Below are positions 13,960-26,165 of a stretch of DNA of 51,159 bases, one piece after another. Below the pieces are notes generated by a model. That model worked only from the letters and a program-made list of their open reading frames with translations, was not told the origin of the DNA and did no database searches. A program made the position numbers and the translations under genes. Each line of letters starts with the position of its first letter. Position 1 is the first letter of the stretch. The stretch comes from Chiloscyllium plagiosum (lineage: Eukaryota): contig NC_057750.1 of assembly GCF_004010195.1 (NCBI RefSeq), positions 498,219-549,377 on the forward strand, written 5' to 3'.

Positions 13960-14312
13960 GAGAATCATAGAACTCCTCAGTGTGGAAACAGGCCATTTGG
14001 CCCATTGAATCCATACCAACCCTCTGAAAGAGTATCCCACCCAGACCCACCCTCTTGCCCTCTCACTGTAACTCTGCATCTCCCACGGCTAATCCAACTA
14101 AGCTACATATCCTTGGACACTATTGACAATTTAGTAAGGCCAATTCACCCTAACCTGCATATCGTTTGGACTGTGGGGGGGAACCCGAAGCACCAGGAGG
14201 AAACCCATGCAGACACAGGGAGAATATGCAAACTCCACACAGACTGTCACCCAAGGCTGGAATCGAACCCGAGTCTGTAGTGCTGTGAGGTAATAGTGCT
14301 AATCACTGTGTC
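13960..14312 (-). mobile_element. HE1-like V-SINE
   Basis: V-domain and B box (GGTTCGATTCC) on the minus strand. Confidence 0.8.
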
Positions 14313-14664
14313 CTGTCCCTGCATTGTATCAGTGTCAAGCAGCAAGTTTGAGCCACATTTCGATTTCCTCTGACATCATGAGCCTTGCTACCTAGTGAGT
14401 TTGAATTAAATAATTGTCAAACCCACCTGGCATGCTCTAAGGCCACAGCAGGTCAGGCAGAATCTGAGGAGCAGGAAAATCGACGTTTTGGGCAAAAACC
14501 CTTCAGGAATAGAGGCAGGAAGCCTCCAGGGTGGAGAGATAAATGGGGAGTGGGGCTGGGGAGAAGGTAGCAAGGAGTACAATAGGTGAATGGGGATGGG
14601 GATAGAGGTGATATGTCAAAGAGGAGGGTGGAGTGCATAGGTGGGAAGGGAGATTGTCAGATAG

Positions 14665-14919
14665 GACAGATCATGGGGACAGTGCTGAGCTGGAAGGTTG
14701 GAGCTGGGGTGAGGTGGGGGACAGGTCATGAGGGCAGTGCTGAGCTGGAAGGTTGGAGCTGGGGTGAGGTGGGGGACAGGTCATGAGGGCAGTGCTGAGC
14801 TGGAAGGTTGGAGCTGGGGTGAGGTGGGGGACAGGTCATGAGGGCAGTGCTGAGCTGGAAGGTTGGAGCTGGGGTGAGGTGGGGGACAGGTCATGAGGGC
14901 AGTGCTGAGCTGGAAGGTT
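14665..14919. repeat. 55-bp tandem repeat, about 4.5 copies
   Basis: gtcatgagggcagtgctgagctggaaggttggagctggggtgaggtgggggacag starts at 14725, 14780, 14835 and (partial) 14890. Confidence 0.95.
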
Positions 14920-15142
14920 CCCAACACCTTACCCCGGCTCCAACCTTCCAGCTCAGCACCATCCTCATGACCTGTCCTACCTGACAATCTCCCTTCCCAC
15001 CTAACTGCCCCACCCTCCTCCCTGACCTATCACCTCCATCCCCATACCCATTGTACTCTTAGCTCCCTTCTCCCCAGCCCCACCTCCTCCTCTACCCCCT
15101 ACCCCCTCATTTATCTCTCCACCCTGGAGGCTTCCTGCCTCC

Positions 15143-15178
15143 ATTCCTGATGAAGGGCTTTTGCCCGAAACGTAGATT
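15143..15178 (+). ncRNA. Minimal hammerhead motif (family A), core intact, GUA triplet
   Basis: ATTC-CTGATGA-A-GGGC-TTTT-GCCC-GAA-ACGT-A-GATT. Confidence 0.68.
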
Positions 15179-15419
15179 TTACTGCTCCTCGGATGCTGCC
15201 TGACCTGCTGTGCATTTCCAGCACCACTCTAATCTAAACTCTGGTTTTCCAGCATCTGCAGTCCTCACTTTTGCCTATGCTCTAAGAGCCACTGTTCATA
15301 CACCAGTCGCTCTCAGCATCTTTGGCCTCTGAGTTCTGGGTCATTGTTAAAACATCCATTGGCTGCTGAGTAATGTTTATCAAGACCTTACCCAAACATG
15401 CAACCAATGAATAAGTGAA

Positions 15420-15755
15420 AGTCACTTGGCCCTTTGAGCCAGCCTACTCCCCCACTCAATAAGATCATGGCTTTAATCCTATATTCCTGCACATCCCCCA
15501 ATAATCTTTCATCTTGTTGGTCTTCAAGAACCTATCTACCTCTGCTGCAAACATACTTAAACATTCTGCCTTTTGAGGAAGGGAATTCCAAAGATTCACA
15601 ACCCTTTCAGGGAAAAGAATGCTTCCTCATCTCTGTTTTAAATGGGCTCCCCCTTATTTTTAAACTATGACCCTAATTCTGTATTCGCTCACAAGAGAAA
15701 ACATTCTTGTCATAACCACCTGGTCAGATCCCCGGGGTCTTCTATGTTTCAATGA
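15420..15755 (-). mobile_element. Old CR1 3' fragment
   Basis: ttcctcatctctgttttaaatgggctccccttatttttaaactatgaccct is the reverse of the GH.LKIRG..FKTEMR motif. Confidence 0.7.
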
Positions 15756-15814
15756 CTAAAATTCCAGAAGATACGGACCCATCTTTCTCTCACAGTGTAA
15801 TTCTAAAGAGGACT

Positions 15815-16607
15815 GGATACAGGGTAAAGCTCCCTCTACACTGTCCCCATCAAACACTCCCAGGACAGGGACAGTATGGGGTTAGATACAGAGTAAAGCA
15901 ATCTCTACACTGTCCCCATAAAACACTCCCAGGACAGGGACAGTATGGGGTTAGACGCAGTGTAAAGCTCCTTCTACACTGTCTCCCCCATCAAACAGTC
16001 CCAGGACAGAGACAGTATGGAGTTAGATGCAGTGTAAAGCTCCCTCTACACTGTCACCATCAAATACTCCCAGGACAGGGACAGCATGGGATTAGATACA
16101 GAGTAAACCTCCCTTTACACTGTCCCCATCAAACACTGTCCTGATCAAACACTCCCAGGACAGGGACAGTATGGGGTTAGATACAATGTAAAGCTCCCTC
16201 TACACTGTCCCCATCAAACACTCCCAGGACAGGGACAGTATGGGGTTAGATACAGAGTAAAGCAACCTCTACACTGTCCCCATAAAACACTCCCAGGACA
16301 GGGACAGTATGGAGTTAGACGCAGTGTAAAGCTCCCTCTACGTGTTCCCATCAACACTCCCAGGACAGGAACAGCATGGGGTTAGATACAGAATAAAGCT
16401 CCTTCTACACTGTCTCCCCCATCAAACAGTCCCAGGACAGAGACAGTATGGAGTTAGATGCAGTGTAAAACTTCCTCTACACTGTCCCCGTCAAACACTC
16501 CCAGGACAGGGACAGTATGGAGTTAGACGCAGTGTAAAGCTCCCTCTACGTGTTCCCATCAACACTCCCAGGACAGGAACAGCATGGGGTTAGATACAGA
16601 ATAAACC
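15815..16607. repeat. About 69-bp tandem minisatellite, about 11 copies
   Basis: Unit tacagagtaaagctccctctacactgtccccatcaaacactcccaggacagggacagtatggggttaga; first two units start at 15818 and 15887. Confidence 0.95.
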
Positions 16608-17811
16608 CTGCTTCACAAACATCCCCCCCCCCCCCCCCGCCCCCCTCCCCCAACTCCCGGCTTCCACTGTCCTGTTGCTCTCAAAATTCCTCCATCCTGT
16701 TCTATGTTGCTCCAAACACATTGAATTTGGCTGTGGATGATGAAATATGCCCTAGTTTCATTGTTTGCAAATCACTGTTGCTAGTAGCCTCCTTTGTATC
16801 TTGTTAACTCCAGAGAACACTAGCTCCTGACAGTCTCTCATTGTGGGGACTCGGGTTTAAAATTGCTACACAGTCTCAGCTGCTCCTCAACATTGACCGA
16901 GATGAAAATAAATGGGTCCATTAGCTGCTGCAGCAAATTACTGCAGAGACAATTCCCCAAACTGAGGAGCATGGAACCAGTTTGGAATTACACAGACAGA
17001 CAACCTAATGGCTTTGATTGAAATACTTCATCAACTTTATCAGATCTGGGACTCATGAGTTTTTACTGTTATTTAGAAATTGCCTGGAGCATAAACATTA
17101 CAAAGTTTTTCTGAGAGATTTTCACAAGATGCTGGAATTACCCACCAACATCATCATAAGAAACAAATGCAATTGTGTATCAGATTTGGGGGCTGGGCCT
17201 GAAAATTTATGTCTGAGCCAATTTGAGGAACAATGCACTGGCTGGAAATGTCTAAACAGGAAAATGGAATCGAAAAACAAAACCCTGCTGTTTTTTGATT
17301 CCCATTCTGGTGGTTATTATGCTCACGAAATGCGTGTTGTGAACATGACTTGCATATTGTGATTGGAAATTAAGGTCACTATGACTATAGATTCAGAGGA
17401 ATCAGTTTTATTATTTTAATATGACTATAATTAGAGTGAAAAAGGTTTGTTAATAAGTTCACTTATTTCAATGTTAAGAATACCACAGTTAATTATCAAC
17501 GTTATTCTATCATCATGAACAGACTCCAGGCAAACTTTTCCCAGTTCATTACAGTACCAGATGTAATGTCCCAAAACATTAAACCCCGAGGTGGGGGGGT
17601 AGTGAATTGGCCCCTCTTTCTTACTCTTCTTCCTTCCCATTGACGTCCTGCAGCCCCCAACCTTCCAGCTGGTTGCAAACAAGGTCAGTTTCAACAGGAT
17701 CCCTTCATTTGGGAATACCTTCCTCTCAGACTCAAAGGAATTAATTCAACCAGGCTCTGTTGGATTAATAAAATGAGTGAGGTTATTAAATACTAAACAT
17801 GAGAATTAGTA

Positions 17812-17940
17812 ACACACTCTCTCACACACACACACACACATATACACACATACACTCACACATATACACACATACACTCACACATATATACACACACACA
17901 CACACACATATACACACATACACTCACACATATATACATA
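17812..17940. repeat. Compound (CA)n/(TA)n microsatellite
   Basis: Seen directly. Confidence 0.95.
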
Positions 17941-18555
17941 TGAGATTCGAAGTAAAACTGGGTTGCAAAAGGATAGAAGGTTAAAAAACAGATATATCAA
18001 TCATTCAGAACGTTTTGAGAACAGCCGATGGTTGAATGTTAGAATGGTGATTATCAGTGATATTAATATGCCTGATAGCTAGTAGTTGAACAGACACATT
18101 TTGAGAGTCTTAGTTTTTAGGCTGCTTGAAATTCCTTTCACCTGATTCCTTTTCTTAAACAGTTTGCAGCATTCAGTGAAAGAGAGTTTTCCTTTAACTG
18201 CAGCATAGGGGTAACACTGGCATGTTTCTTAGATTGTGATCTTCACAACTTGCTATTGCTCAAACCCAAAGGATAGTGCACACTAGAGCTTTCAGTCCCA
18301 CTGGTCCACTCCAGTAGGTAAGAGGAGAGCACCAGCCTGCCACCCTTCTTGCCAATGAAACATTTCCTGCCATCTAATTGAACTGCAGGTTAGGGTGGAT
18401 TAGCCATGGGAAATGCAGGGTTACAGGGATAGGATGGCTCTGGGTGGGATGCTTTTCAGAGGACTGGTGTGGACTCTATAGGCAAAATGGCCAACTTCCA
18501 CACTGTCGGTATTCTATGATTCTGAGAGGACATTCAATTATATCCATTGTCACAA

Positions 18556-19745
18556 TGGGAGAGAGACAGGAAGTCAGAGAGGGAGGGACAGAGGTAGGGA
18601 GAGGATGGGAGAGAAAGAGATAAGGAGAAGGAGAGGTGGGAGAAAGAAGGAGGGTGAGAGGGAGGGAGGAGGAGAGAGTGGGAGGGAGGGGGAGAGATAG
18701 TNNNNNNNNNNNNNNNNNNNNNNNNNNNNNNNNNNNNNNNNNNNNNNNNNNNNNNNNNNNNNNNNNNNNNNNNNNNNNNNNNNNNNNNNNNNNNNNNNNN
18801 NNNNNNNNNNNNNNNNNNNNNNNNNNNNNNNNNNNNNNNNNNNNNNNNNNNNNNNNNNNNNNNNNNNNNNNNNNNNNNNNNNNNNNNNNNNNNNNNNNNN
18901 NNNNNNNNNNNNNNNNNNNNNNNNNNNNNNNNNNNNNNNNNNNNNNNNNNNNNNNNNNNNNNNNNNNNNNNNNNNNNNNNNNNNNNNNNNNNNNNNNNNN
19001 NNNNNNNNNNNNNNNNNNNNNNNNNNNNNNNNNNNNNNNNNNNNNNNNNNNNNNNNNNNNNNNNNNNNNNNNNNNNNNNNNNNNNNNNNNNNNNNNNNNN
19101 NNNNNNNNNNNNNNNNNNNNNNNNNNNNNNNNNNNNNNNNNNNNNNNNNNNNNNNNNNNNNNNNNNNNNNNNNNNNNNNNNNNNNNNNNNNNNNNNNNNN
19201 NNNNNNNNNNNNNNNNNNNNNNNNNNNNNNNNNNNNNNNNNNNNNNNNNNNNNNNNNNNNNNNNNNNNNNNNNNNNNNNNNNNNNNNNNNNNNNNNNNNN
19301 NNNNNNNNNNNNNNNNNNNNNNNNNNNNNNNNNNNNNNNNNNNNNNNNNNNNNNNNNNNNNNNNNNNNNNNNNNNNNNNNNNNNNNNNNNNNNNNNNNNN
19401 NNNNNNNNNNNNNNNNNNNNNNNNNNNNNNNNNNNNNNNNNNNNNNNNNNNNNNNNNNNNNNNNNNNNNNNNNNNNNNNNNNNNNNNNNNNNNNNNNNNN
19501 NNNNNNNNNNNNNNNNNNNNNNNNNNNNNNNNNNNNNNNNNNNNNNNNNNNNNNNNNNNNNNNNNNNNNNNNNNNAGAGGGAAGGAAAGAGAGAGAGACA
19601 AAGAGAGAATGAGGGAAGGGGAGAGCGAGTGAGGGAGAGAGGGAGCATGAGGGGGAGAGAGACAGTAAAAGGAGACAGGCAGACGGAGAATAATAGGAAG
19701 TACAAGAGATACAAAGTGACAGAGAGAACAACAGAGAGGTGGAAG
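18556..19745. repeat. GA-rich low-complexity tract spanning an assembly gap (N 18702-19575)
   Basis: Purine-rich sequence on both sides of the N run. Confidence 0.9.
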
Positions 19746-20765
19746 ATGTTCTGAACATGTTGTCCAAACACTTTCAGCTAAGTAAAATAGGATTCGTATT
19801 CCATCAGAAACAGGTTAAAGGGATGCTCCAGAGATTACCAACTTCATTTTATGTTAATTGTGCCACAGATGTAACTTGTGTTGATGGGAAATAAAACTGA
19901 ATACATTTTGGAGGCAATTAAAAAATAAGGTAATAAGAAATTAGAAATTAATTAGCTACCTGTAGCTGAAATGTGGCCATTGGGGGTCTAAGTTGTTGGT
20001 GGTAATTAGGTAAGTGACTCATTCCTGTTGTTAGGGAAACTGCAGCTCCAGACATGTTTCTCAATGATGCTAGTGGAATTTAATGATGCACTTCTTTGTA
20101 AAACACTTATCTGTTTCTGCAAGTGAATAGGTCACTCCTCCCTCCTGATTTACAAGCCCATTCTCCTTCCAAACCTGCTTTTACTGAGCTCATCAAATGG
20201 GACAAGTCATGAGCAGATGAGAAGCAGCCAAGATGTTCTCCATTCCCAGGATGCATCAAACCCAAGCGACTTATCTGAGCTCAGCAGATTGCTATTAATG
20301 GCTTCATTAAGAAGACAGTGAAGAAGACCACTAGCTCAGCATTCAGCTCAGGTTTCACTGAGTAAGTGGAAGGTTCAAAGTGGGTTTTTGCCACTTGTTC
20401 CTTTATCAGAACTCATGAGCCATACAGCATCTAATACAAGAAAGTTAAAGACTTTAAATTGCTTATTCCTAAAGGAAATGCCATAATTGATTATAAATTG
20501 GGTGAAAAAATTGTTTTTCTGAAGCATGGATGAATTGAAAGTAATCAAAACTTAATTGAGGATAAAAATAATCATCATTACTCTTTTCTTTCTAATCTTC
20601 CTATTTTTCAATTTATGCCTCATGTATTTACTTGTTCCTGTGTGGGGATGCTGGGCACAGGTTCCACACACGCAGCTCATCTATCCATGAGTTTGGTATT
20701 GGAACTTGGAACTCAGAATATAAGACATTCTTCTCAATCTTGCCCTTGGCCAATACTGCCCAAAG

Positions 20766-21220
20766 TGTTGCCACTCTCTGGTGTATTGCTACTCTCTGGT
20801 GTATTGCCACTCTCTGGCATATTGCCAATCTCTGGTGTATTGCCACTGTCTGGTGTATTGTCACTCTCTGATGTATTGCCATTCTCTGGTGTATTGCCAC
20901 TATCTGATGTATTGCCACTCTCTGATGTATTGCCATTCTCTGGTGTATTGCCACTCTCTGGTGTATTGCCAATCTCTGGTGTATTGCCACTCTCTGATGT
21001 ATTGCCATTCTCTGGTGTATTGCCACTCTCTGGTGTAATGCCATTCTCTGGTGTATTGCCACTCTCTGGTGTAATGCCAATCTCTGGTGTATTGCCACTC
21101 TCTGGTGTATTGCCAGTGTCTAGTTATTGCCACTCTCTGGTGTAATGCCAATCTCTGGTGTATTGCCACTCTCTGGTGTATTGCCATTGTCTAGTGTATT
21201 GCCACTCTCTGGTGTAATGA
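20766..21220. repeat. 18-bp minisatellite (CTCTGGTGTATTGCCACT), about 25 copies
   Basis: Seen directly; accounts for the SGVLPL/AIHQRV pseudo-ORFs. Confidence 0.97.
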
Positions 21221-21492
21221 ACCTCTGTCAGTATGTCCAATTCTTCCTCATAATAACATGCTCATTCCAGTTACCAATCCAGTACACCTCCTCTGAACTA
21301 CTCCTGAGTGTCAATATGCTTTTTTAAATAAGATCAAAACTGTATACAATTCGAGATATAGTCTCATCGATGCTCTGTATCATAACATTTTTGCCATTAT
21401 GCTGATTCCAATTGTAATAAAGGATAACATCCAATTAGCCACTCTCATATTTTGTACCTGCATGCTAACTTTCTGTGACTCTTGCATCTAAA

Positions 21493-21793
21493 TTAGATTA
21501 GATTAGATTACATTACAGTGTGGAAACAGGCCCTTCGGCCCAACAAGTCCACACCGACCCGCCGAAGCGCAACCCACCCATACCCCTACATGTACCCCTT
21601 ACCTAACACTACGGACAATTTAGCATGGCCAATTCACCTGACCCTGCACATCTTTGGACTGTGGGAGGAAACCGGAGCACCCGGAGGAAACCCATGCAGA
21701 TACGGGGAGAACGTGCAAACTCCACACAGACAGTCGCCCGAGGCGGGAATTGAACCTGGGTCTCTGGCGCTGTGAGGCAGCAGTGCTAACCAC
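21493..21793 (-). mobile_element. HE1-like V-SINE (mirror copy at 23377-23672, +)
   Basis: (TCTAA)n tail, V-domain, B box; 5' end slightly truncated. Confidence 0.88.
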
Positions 21794-21887
21794 ATATGTG
21801 AAAACTGACACAACATTTCACTTTGACTTGATCCCCAAAGATTGTACGTCTATGCAGAGGGACAGCCTGGTTTAGTAGGGATCGAGG

Positions 21888-22168
21888 GGCATGGTGGCTC
21901 AGTGGTTAGTACTGCCTCACAGCACCAGGGATCCGGATTCGATTCCATCCTTGGGTGACTACCTTGTGAAGTTTGCACATTCTCCCCATGTCTGTGTGGG
22001 TTTCCTCCAGGTGTTCCAGCTGCCTCCCACAGTCTCAGGGTTAGGTGGATTAGCCATGAAAATTGCAGAGTAACAAGGGGTGGGGTGGGTCTGGATGGGA
22101 TGGTTTTCAGAGAACTGGTGTGGACTTGATGGGCCAAATGGGCTGCTTCAACACTGTAGAGATTCTAC
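21888..22168 (+). mobile_element. HE1-like V-SINE (mirror copy at 23002-23282, -)
   Basis: ggcatggtggctcagtggttag head, gattcgattcc B box, V-domain. Confidence 0.82.
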
Positions 22169-22194
22169 GAAGTTGAACAATTCCAGGCAGGAAG

Positions 22195-22557
22195 CCAGTC
22201 AATCAGGCAGCATCCAAAAAGCAGGAGAATTGATGTTTTGGGCATAAGCCCTTCTTCAGGAATAAGGAGGGTGTGCCAAGCAGGCTAAGATAAAAGATAG
22301 GGAGGAGGGACTTGGCGGAGGGGCATTGAGAATGCGATAGGTGGAAGGAGGTAAAGGTGAGGGTGATAGGCCGGAGAGGGGGTGGGGACGGAGAGGTTGG
22401 GAAGAAGATTGCAGGTCAAGAAGGCGGTGCTGAGTCTGAGGGTTGGGACTGAGATAAGGTGGGGGAAGGGGAAATGAGGAAGCTGGAGAAATCTGTATTC
22501 ATCCCTTGTGGTTGGAGGGTTCCTAGGCGGAAAATGAGGCACTCTTCCTCCAGGTGT
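22195..22557 (-). mobile_element. PLE 3' fragment (family A; mirror copy at 22613-22975, +)
   Basis: Mirror copy translates to RLGEERLIFRLGTLQPQGMNTDF, resembling the GIY-YIG endonuclease C-terminus of Penelope ORFs, followed by a pyrimidine-rich UTR and a decayed hammerhead (GAAA changed to AAAA). Confidence 0.8.
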
Positions 22558-25361
22558 CATGTTTCCGAGGGTTGGGACTTTCTGGTGTATTGCCACTGTC
22601 TGGTGTATTGCCACGCCTGGGGGAAGAGCGCCTCATCTTCCGCCTAGGAACCCTCCAACCACAAGGGATGAATACAGATTTCTCCAGCTTCCTCATTTCC
22701 CCTTCCCCCACCTTATCTCAGTCCCAACCCTCAGACTCAGCACCGCCTTCTTGACCTGCAATCTTCTTCCCAACCTCTCCGTCCCCACCCCCTCTCCGGC
22801 CTATCACCCTCACCTTTACCTCCTTCCACCTATCGCATTCTCAATGCCCCTCCGCCAAGTCCCTCCTCCCTATCTTTTATCTTAGCCTGCTTGGCACACC
22901 CTCCTTATTCCTGAAGAAGGGCTTATGCCCAAAACATCAATTCTCCTGCTTTTTGGATGCTGCCTGATTGACTGGCTTCCTGCCTGGAATTGTTCAACTT
23001 CGTAGAATCTCTACAGTGTTGAAGCAGCCCATTTGGCCCATCAAGTCCACACCAGTTCTCTGAAAACCATCCCATCCAGACCCACCCCACCCCTTGTTAC
23101 TCTGCAATTTTCATGGCTAATCCACCTAACCCTGAGACTGTGGGAGGCAGCTGGAACACCTGGAGGAAACCCACACAGACATGGGGAGAATGTGCAAACT
23201 TCACAAGGTAGTCACCCAAGGATGGAATCGAATCCGGATCCCTGGTGCTGTGAGGCAGTACTAACCACTGAGCCACCATGCCCCTCGATCCCTACTAAAC
23301 CAGGCTGTCCCTCTGCATAGACGTACAATCTTTGGGGATCAAGTCAAAGTGAAATGTTGTGTCAGTTTTCACATATGTGGTTAGCACTGCTGCCTCACAG
23401 CGCCAGAGACCCAGGTTCAATTCCCGCCTCGGGCGACTGTCTGTGTGGAGTTTGCACGTTCTCCCCGTATCTGCATGGGTTTCCTCCGGGTGCTCCGGTT
23501 TCCTCCCACAGTCCAAAGATGTGCAGGGTCAGGTGAATTGGCCATGCTAAATTGTCCGTAGTGTTAGGTAAGGGGTACATGTAGGGGTATGGGTGGGTTG
23601 CGCTTCGGCGGGTCGGTGTGGACTTGTTGGGCCGAAGGGCCTGTTTCCACACTGTAATGTAATCTAATCTAAAAAAAAATCTCAATATGCAGCTCTTAAA
23701 GAACAATGTCGATTTGTGTTTATTGCCTGTTGAGACTTTTGCACTAAAAGAAACTCCAAAACCTCCAGCCCATCAGAATCCACACAAAGTGAGCTGGTCG
23801 GAAGCATTAGTGTCGAGTGAGTTGAACTACCTGAACTTTGAGCCATCTCTCTGGGCCGGGGAAAGCCCATATGTCCCATTGTTCTGTTTCAACATTCCAG
23901 CATGGTTCATCGAGACAAGAAACTGAATGGATGGTGTCTTTCAGCTTTAATGTGATTATAACTCTCACCAGCTGAAAACTCATGAAACATTGTGAAATGG
24001 ATGAAATATAATTGCTGTATTTGTGGGCCATCGACAAGTGTGTTCCATAAATATGTAATAAACACTAAAATTACTGAAGCTGAACCCTTCAATTGACTCG
24101 ATGTGTTCAGTGATTTATTGCATTAGCTGAAAGCTTGCAATCCCAGCACTGGGGGACTTTTTGAAATGTTCAGATAGACCTTGCTAATGCACCAGGTATC
24201 AGCAAGACAAAATGGAACAGATTCAGCTTTGGTTAATGAGGAAGCTTCATGCTGTCATGTTAATGAGATGTTGGAAAGCTAATCCATCAGTTTATGGTTT
24301 CAAGTTTCAGCTATTATCTTTTGATGGAAAAGCAGAAAGACTGATTGGAAGATTCACACCCTTTTAGGATCACATGTTGATGAGAATAGGTTGTGAATAT
24401 TCCTTTGCCAGTGTCTCTCTGCTTGAGTATGGCTCCGATTGAAGTATTAACAATTTCTTCCTCATTTCAGTAAATTCATTAACCCAGCTTCACTCATGGG
24501 AATCCAGGAAATTTAGCCAAAGAATTCTGCTCACACTGGGATCATTTATACTTCATCGTTTCAGATTTCATGACTCATGGTTTGAATGATGCTGGGGACA
24601 GGTGGGAAATAGATTCATATAAATATTTTAATTGCCAAAAGTGTGTGAAAAGTCAACTGCAGAACGCAATGGAACTTGAAACGAGAATGTCTCCCAGACA
24701 GAGGTGGAGACTGGCTGCTTGCATCCTTGCTCTATCTGCTCAGACTTCCTTTTCTAATATCATCTGGGGTTTGGAGTCAATGTTGATTCACATGTACCTG
24801 TGTCAGGCTGATTGTGGCCATTGGGAGGGTCACAGGATGTGTGGCTGTGACTGGGGAGGTGGCTGAGATTGGGGTTTTCTGAGCAGACTCCCTATCTCTG
24901 TCCTATTCCACCGTTTTCCCACTGATGGTGCACCCAGGGTTCCATTCACCAAGAGTCCTACAGCACAGAAGAAACCCTTCAGCCTATCGACCCTACTGAC
25001 CAATCAACACTAATTCCACTTGCCAGCATCTGGCCTATAACTGCCAACATTATGACATTTCAAGTACATATCCATTTAATTCTCAATGTTTATCAGTTCA
25101 GTCAGCTCTGCTGCTCTCCCAAGAGCATCCCGTTTCTGAGGCAGACATTGTGAGGAGACCATTCCCTGTCCACCAGCATGCACTGAGTATTCCTGCTGCG
25201 GGAATTCAAATGTGTCCAATGGCCTGGGGCCATCATGGCAACTGGAGGAAAAGGAGCTTCCCCAATTGTTTGGAAAAACTGATACCACCACAAATGATTT
25301 TTGTGCTATTCTGGGGTTGTTCTCTTGAATGGTCTCTAAGGCTCACAATATTTACATTGTT

Positions 25362-25702
25362 TCCTGGTGAAGGGCCTTTGCCCGAAACGTTAACTCGCCT
25401 GCTCCTCGGATGCTGCCTGACCGGCTGTGCTTTTCCAGCTCCACACACACCACTCTTAATCTCCAGCATCTGCTGTCCTCACTTTCACCATCGTTACAAA
25501 TCACACAACGCCAGGTTATAGTCCAACAGGTTTATTTGGAAGCACTAGCTTTCGGAGCGCTGCTCCTTCAATGGATAGCTGTGATGAAGGAGCAGTGCTC
25601 CAAAAGCTAGTGCTTCCAAATAAACCTGTTGGACTATAACCTGGCATTGTGTGATTTTTAACTTTGTACACCCCAGTCCAACACCAGCACTACCAAATCA
25701 TG
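25362..25702. mobile_element. Nested PLE fragments: family A (25362-25488) at the edge of a fold-back family B element (25493-25702)
   Basis: Outer TSD AATATTTACAT at 25347-25357 and 25703-25713; inner TSD CATYGTT at 25355-25361 and 25489-25495; 78-bp inverted arms at 25493-25570 and 25585-25662. Confidence 0.78.
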
Positions 25703-26030
25703 AATATTTACATCGAGCTGGGCAGAGCTTAGAGAGCTCTGCAGCCTCTGATGTTGAATCTCTATTGCTGTCTGTCTCCCTTACTTTCTTTGTCTCCCTC
25801 CCTCTTCCACTCTCTCTTGCTCACTTGTGAGATGAGCTTCACCATGTTTGCCACAACCTGATTGCTGTGTGTGTTTGTCATGATGCAGAGTGTCCCCCCA
25901 GTCATGTGACACATCCACGCCCCTGGGGTGAGTAACCCCTTATCTTTCCCTGCACCCCACATTCTGAGGGAGCCTTGCAGAGTAAGTGGGAGACTGAAGA
26001 CATGAGTCAGAACATATAATGTGAAAGGTG

Positions 26031-26165
26031 AGTTCTGAAGAAGGGTCACTGGAACACTAACTCTGCTTTCTCTCTTCAAATGCTGCCAGACCTGCTGAGT
26101 TATTCCAGCGATTTCTGATTTTGTTTCTAATTTCCACCAATTACAGTTCTTTGATATTTTTTGGT
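26031..26165 (+). mobile_element. Decayed PLE-type terminal fragment (family D)
   Basis: agttCTGAAGAagggtc..taactctg..tgctgccagacctgctgag; related copies at about 5850, 6590, 35650 and 45995. Confidence 0.6.

Larger units (their letters stand above)
14447..15276. mobile_element. Fold-back PLE fragment (family A) with imperfect inverted arms of about 270 bp and internal 55-bp tandem repeats
   Basis: Arms at about 14447-14715 and 14925-15212 are reverse complements; TSD ATGCTCTAAG(A)GCCAC at 14432-14446 and 15277-15292. Confidence 0.8.
21498..23672. repeat. Near-perfect inverted duplication, arms about 1060 bp (21498-22557 and 22613-23672), spacer about 55 bp
   Basis: Mirror positions sum to 45170, e.g. 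identical ORFs 21850-22137(-) and 23033-23320(+); the mismatches I found are confined to about 30 bp next to the spacer. Confidence 0.97.

Noticed and set aside
15752..16807. ORFs with repeated LPLHCPHQTLPGQGQYGVR
   Set aside because: Translation of the 69-bp minisatellite; no splice or domain support.
18476..19771. Long ORFs of 355-431 aa (and similar ORFs at 35665-36347)
   Set aside because: They run through N-gaps and low-complexity sequence.
20615..21327. Repetitive ORFs on both strands and a possible CRISPR-like array
   Set aside because: An 18-bp tandem repeat with no unique spacers; a unit length divisible by three keeps frames open.
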